Assembly: GCA_963709585.1 (NCBI GenBank)
Contig: CAVPXI010000007.1
Location: forward strand, 224,001-288,000
Origin: Candidatus Dormiibacterota bacterium
Lineage (GTDB): Bacteria > Chloroflexota > Dormibacteria > Aeolococcales > Aeolococcaceae
DNA: 64,000 nt
Reading direction: 5' to 3'
Shown: positions 61,306-64,000 of the stretch, piece after piece
How the letters are laid out: every line of letters starts with the position of its first letter
Position numbering within the stretch: position 1 is the stretch's first letter
Program-made: the position numbers and the translations under genes
Notes under the pieces: model-generated
Told to the model about the DNA's origin: nothing
Databases searched by the model: none
Seen by the model: only the letters and a program-made list of their open reading frames with translations

Positions 61306-62442
61306 GTGGATCATAGAGCTCGACTCCTTGTCGTCGACGACACACCGGAGAACGCGCAGCTCCTCGAGGCTATTCTGTCCCCGCATGGATACTCGGTAGC
61401 TCTAGCCTCTTCCGGCGTCGACGGTCTCGAGAAAGTCCGCACCGGCGAACCTGACGTCGTCCTCCTCGACATTCTGATGCCGGATATCAGCGGCTACGAA
61501 GTCTGTCGCCGAATCCGCGCCAATCCCTCGACCCGACTGCTCCCTGTGGTGATGATGACCTCGAGTCGCGACCAGGACAAGGTCGATTCCATCGAGGCCG
61601 GGGCCGACGACTTCATCGCTCGACCGTTCGATCCACGGGAGCTGCTCAGCCGGGTACGGTCGCTGTTGCGCATCAAGGAATATCAGGATGCCGTCCAGGC
61701 TCAAGCCGCGCAGCTCGCCGAGTGGAACCTGACCCTCGAGCAACACTTTCAGAGGCAGCTGGAACAGCTCGAGGAACTCGATCGTCTGCGCCGCGTCTTC
61801 TCGCCGCCTATACAACCGATTCGTCCCGTCCGATATGTCCCAGGCGCGCATCAGGGCTCTGAACTGGAGGGGAGGTTCCGGCGGGAAGGCGAATACTGGA
61901 CCGTCGAGTACGAAGGGCGGGTCGTGCGCCTGCGCGACGGCAAAGGCATGCGCGTTCTTGCTCGGCTGCTCGCTGATCCGGGACGCCCGTTTGCCGCGCT
62001 GGATCTCGAGCGCCTCGGCCTACCAGCGGACACATCTACAGCCCGTGCGATTGCGGCGAGCAATGCCGGCGAACTTCTCGATGACGATGCGCGTCGAGCC
62101 TACCGGGTGCGTGTTGCGGAGTTGGGGGAGCAAATCGAGGCAGCGGAGACCGAAGGCAAGTCAGATGAGGCGGGTCTCATGCGCGAGGAGATGGAGTTCA
62201 TCATCCATGAGCTCAGCCGAGCCTTCGGTCTTGGGGGACGATCGCGCCGCGCGGGATCGATCGCCGAGCGGGCGCGCCTGAATGTGATGCGCGCAGTGAG
62301 GTCGGGGATGGAGCGCATTTCCCTTGCCGACGCTGGATTGGGAGCTCATTTCAAAGCGACGATCCACACGGGCACCGTGTGCGTATACACGCCAGATCCG
62401 CGGGCGCTTATTGCCTGGGATGTGACGGGCGGAGCCGGCTAG
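61306..62442 (+). CDS. Response-regulator receiver + coiled coil + same output domain as the FHA protein
   Basis: LLVVDD, LLDILMP..SGYEV, PVVMMT, GADDFI.RPF; C-terminal GEYW...GKGM...LDDDARRAYR...GLGGRSR...ERARLNV...IHTG.VC.Y.P. Confidence 0.85.
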   Translation: MDHRARLLVVDDTPENAQLLEAILSPHGYSVALASSGVDGLEKVRTGEPDVVLLDILMPDISGYEVCRRIRANPSTRLLPVVMMTSSRDQDKVDSIEAGADDFIARPFDPRELLSRVRSLLRIKEYQDAVQAQAAQLAEWNLTLEQHFQRQLEQLEELDRLRRVFSPPIQPIRPVRYVPGAHQGSELEGRFRREGEYWTVEYEGRVVRLRDGKGMRVLARLLADPGRPFAALDLERLGLPADTSTARAIAASNAGELLDDDARRAYRVRVAELGEQIEAAETEGKSDEAGLMREEMEFIIHELSRAFGLGGRSRRAGSIAERARLNVMRAVRSGMERISLADAGLGAHFKATIHTGTVCVYTPDPRALIAWDVTGGAG

Positions 62443-62550
62443 CGCGATTGAACATCCGTTCACCCCAAGTGAACGCACGATATGCGAAGCCGTATCGGCG
62501 GCCGAGCGCTCGTGGGGTGGGTCCCTGGGACCACGCACGGAGGTGGTGAC

Positions 62551-64000
62551 ATGCGCGTGATAAGGGCGGCTTTCCTGTCCGGAGCCGCGATTGGCGTCAT
62601 GCTGACGGCGGGCTGTGCGTCGACCGCTGCAGTGACGCCAGCCCACACCGCCACAGGCCCACCGGCGACCGCCGTTGCACCACCCGGGTGGGTCGCGCTC
62701 AGCGGCAGCCCCGGCGCTCCGGCGGTCAATCCGATGACAGCCACACTCTACGTGCCGATCCAATGCCCGACTGGAGCGTGCACGACCACGAGCGACGTTG
62801 TCGATGTCATCAGCACATCCCGGTGTAACGCCGAGGTCGCATCCGACTGCCGCGTGGTTGCCGAGGCTAGCGTCGGCGCCAGTCCCCTCGCCACCGCGAT
62901 CGACGAATCGACCGACACGATCTATGTACCCACCAGCTCGGGCACCACCTCGGTGCTCAACGGAGCGCGCTGCAATGCGACAGTGACCAGTAGCTGCGCC
63001 AAGCCGGTGGCGACCATCGGCGTTGGCGGGGTCGCCGCAGCCTTCAATTCGGTGACCCAGACGCTATACGTGGCCGACCCAGGGGCCGGGATCCACGTGA
63101 TTGACGGCGCCACGTGCAATGCGGTCAAAACCTCGGGATGCGGGCAACCGTCCAAGTCGGTGGCGGACGGCGCCGGTCCTCAAGCCCTCGACATCGACCT
63201 GGCCACCGACACGGTGTACGCCGTCAACAATGGATCGGGCAACGGGGACACCGTGTCGGTGATCGACGGGATGACCTGCAACGGGAGCGATGCGAGTGGT
63301 TGCGGCCAAACTCCGCACACGATCACCGTGGGCAGTGGAGCCTTTTGGGACGCAGTCGACCAAGCCACTGACACTGTCTACGTCACGAACAACAACGATG
63401 GGACGGTCTCGATCATCGACGGCGCTCAGTGCAACTCGACGATCACGTCCGGCTGCGGCGACGCACCGCCGGCTGTCCCAACCGGCGCCGGGGCAGCCAA
63501 CGTTGCGATCGACAGCTCACTGCACACGCTCTTCGCGGTCAACTCGGATAACGACACGCTGTCGGCAATCGACACGAGCACGTGCAACGGCGCGTCGACA
63601 GCCGGCTGCCCGAAGCTGGCACCCAGCGCGCAGGCCGGACCCAATCAGGGGCCAGGATACAATGGGTTCCCCCAGGCTATCGCGCTTTTCCCGCAGAGCG
63701 CCACCGCGTACCTGGTGAACGTCGGGGGATCAGACATCCTCGCGGCGGTGAGCATCAGCAGCTGCAGCGCGGCGGACACCTCGGGCTGCCGCGTCCCGGC
63801 CGCGAGTGTGACGAGCCCTGAGTTCGAGGCATCCATCGACACGTCTACCGACACCATCTACGCCAGCAACGACGCCCTGCCCGAGATCGACGTGCTCAAC
63901 GGCGCCACCTGTAACGGCACGCACCTGTTCGGGTGCGCTCCCGTCGCCGAAATCCCGATGGCGAGTCCCAGTGCCGCTCTCGGTGCGATCGATGACGCCA
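62551..64000 (+). CDS. Cys-rich YVTN/YncE-like beta-propeller lipoprotein (runs off the window)
   Basis: RBS GGAGGT, ATG 62551, lipobox-like LTAGC; repeats 'P...AID..TDT.YV.N....TVSVIDG.TCN.....GC'; no stop seen to the window end. Confidence 0.8.
   Translation, partial: MRVIRAAFLSGAAIGVMLTAGCASTAAVTPAHTATGPPATAVAPPGWVALSGSPGAPAVNPMTATLYVPIQCPTGACTTTSDVVDVISTSRCNAEVASDCRVVAEASVGASPLATAIDESTDTIYVPTSSGTTSVLNGARCNATVTSSCAKPVATIGVGGVAAAFNSVTQTLYVADPGAGIHVIDGATCNAVKTSGCGQPSKSVADGAGPQALDIDLATDTVYAVNNGSGNGDTVSVIDGMTCNGSDASGCGQTPHTITVGSGAFWDAVDQATDTVYVTNNNDGTVSIIDGAQCNSTITSGCGDAPPAVPTGAGAANVAIDSSLHTLFAVNSDNDTLSAIDTSTCNGASTAGCPKLAPSAQAGPNQGPGYNGFPQAIALFPQSATAYLVNVGGSDILAAVSISSCSAADTSGCRVPAASVTSPEFEASIDTSTDTIYASNDALPEIDVLNGATCNGTHLFGCAPVAEIPMASPSAALGAIDDA

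Overview
High-GC bacterial window. The gene repertoire and leaderless regulators suggest a Terrabacteria soil lineage such as Dormibacterota or Actinomycetota; this is inference only. The left ~45 kb is accessory-metabolic: a divergent pair of large surface proteins (S53 protease with six IPT/TIG domains; 17-repeat Ig-like protein), tryptophanase, aldehyde dehydrogenase inside a segmental duplication, a phaB-phaC-XRE-phasin-like PHA locus, GT1, chimeric adenylate kinase, DUF2252, a sulfite-oxidase-like enzyme, a TetR/SDR unit, an 8-gene uncharacterised sugar catabolic operon, LigD-Pol, and an IS110 element. The IS110 left end reads as a bridge RNA whose four guide segments match its own target and donor sites. 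From a tRNA-Gln 3' fragment (att-like, 45390-45434) rightwards the sequence looks like a decaying genomic island. It holds an unannotated 58-aa Trp/His repeat peptide next to an MFS exporter, IS256, a kinase-cyclase-STAND-TPR gene with FHA- and REC-fused copies of one output domain, an integrase remnant, a secreted aromatic-rich protein and a Cys-rich beta-propeller lipoprotein. About a dozen single-base indels in otherwise intact genes probably include sequencing errors. All calls come from reading motifs by eye; no searches were run.
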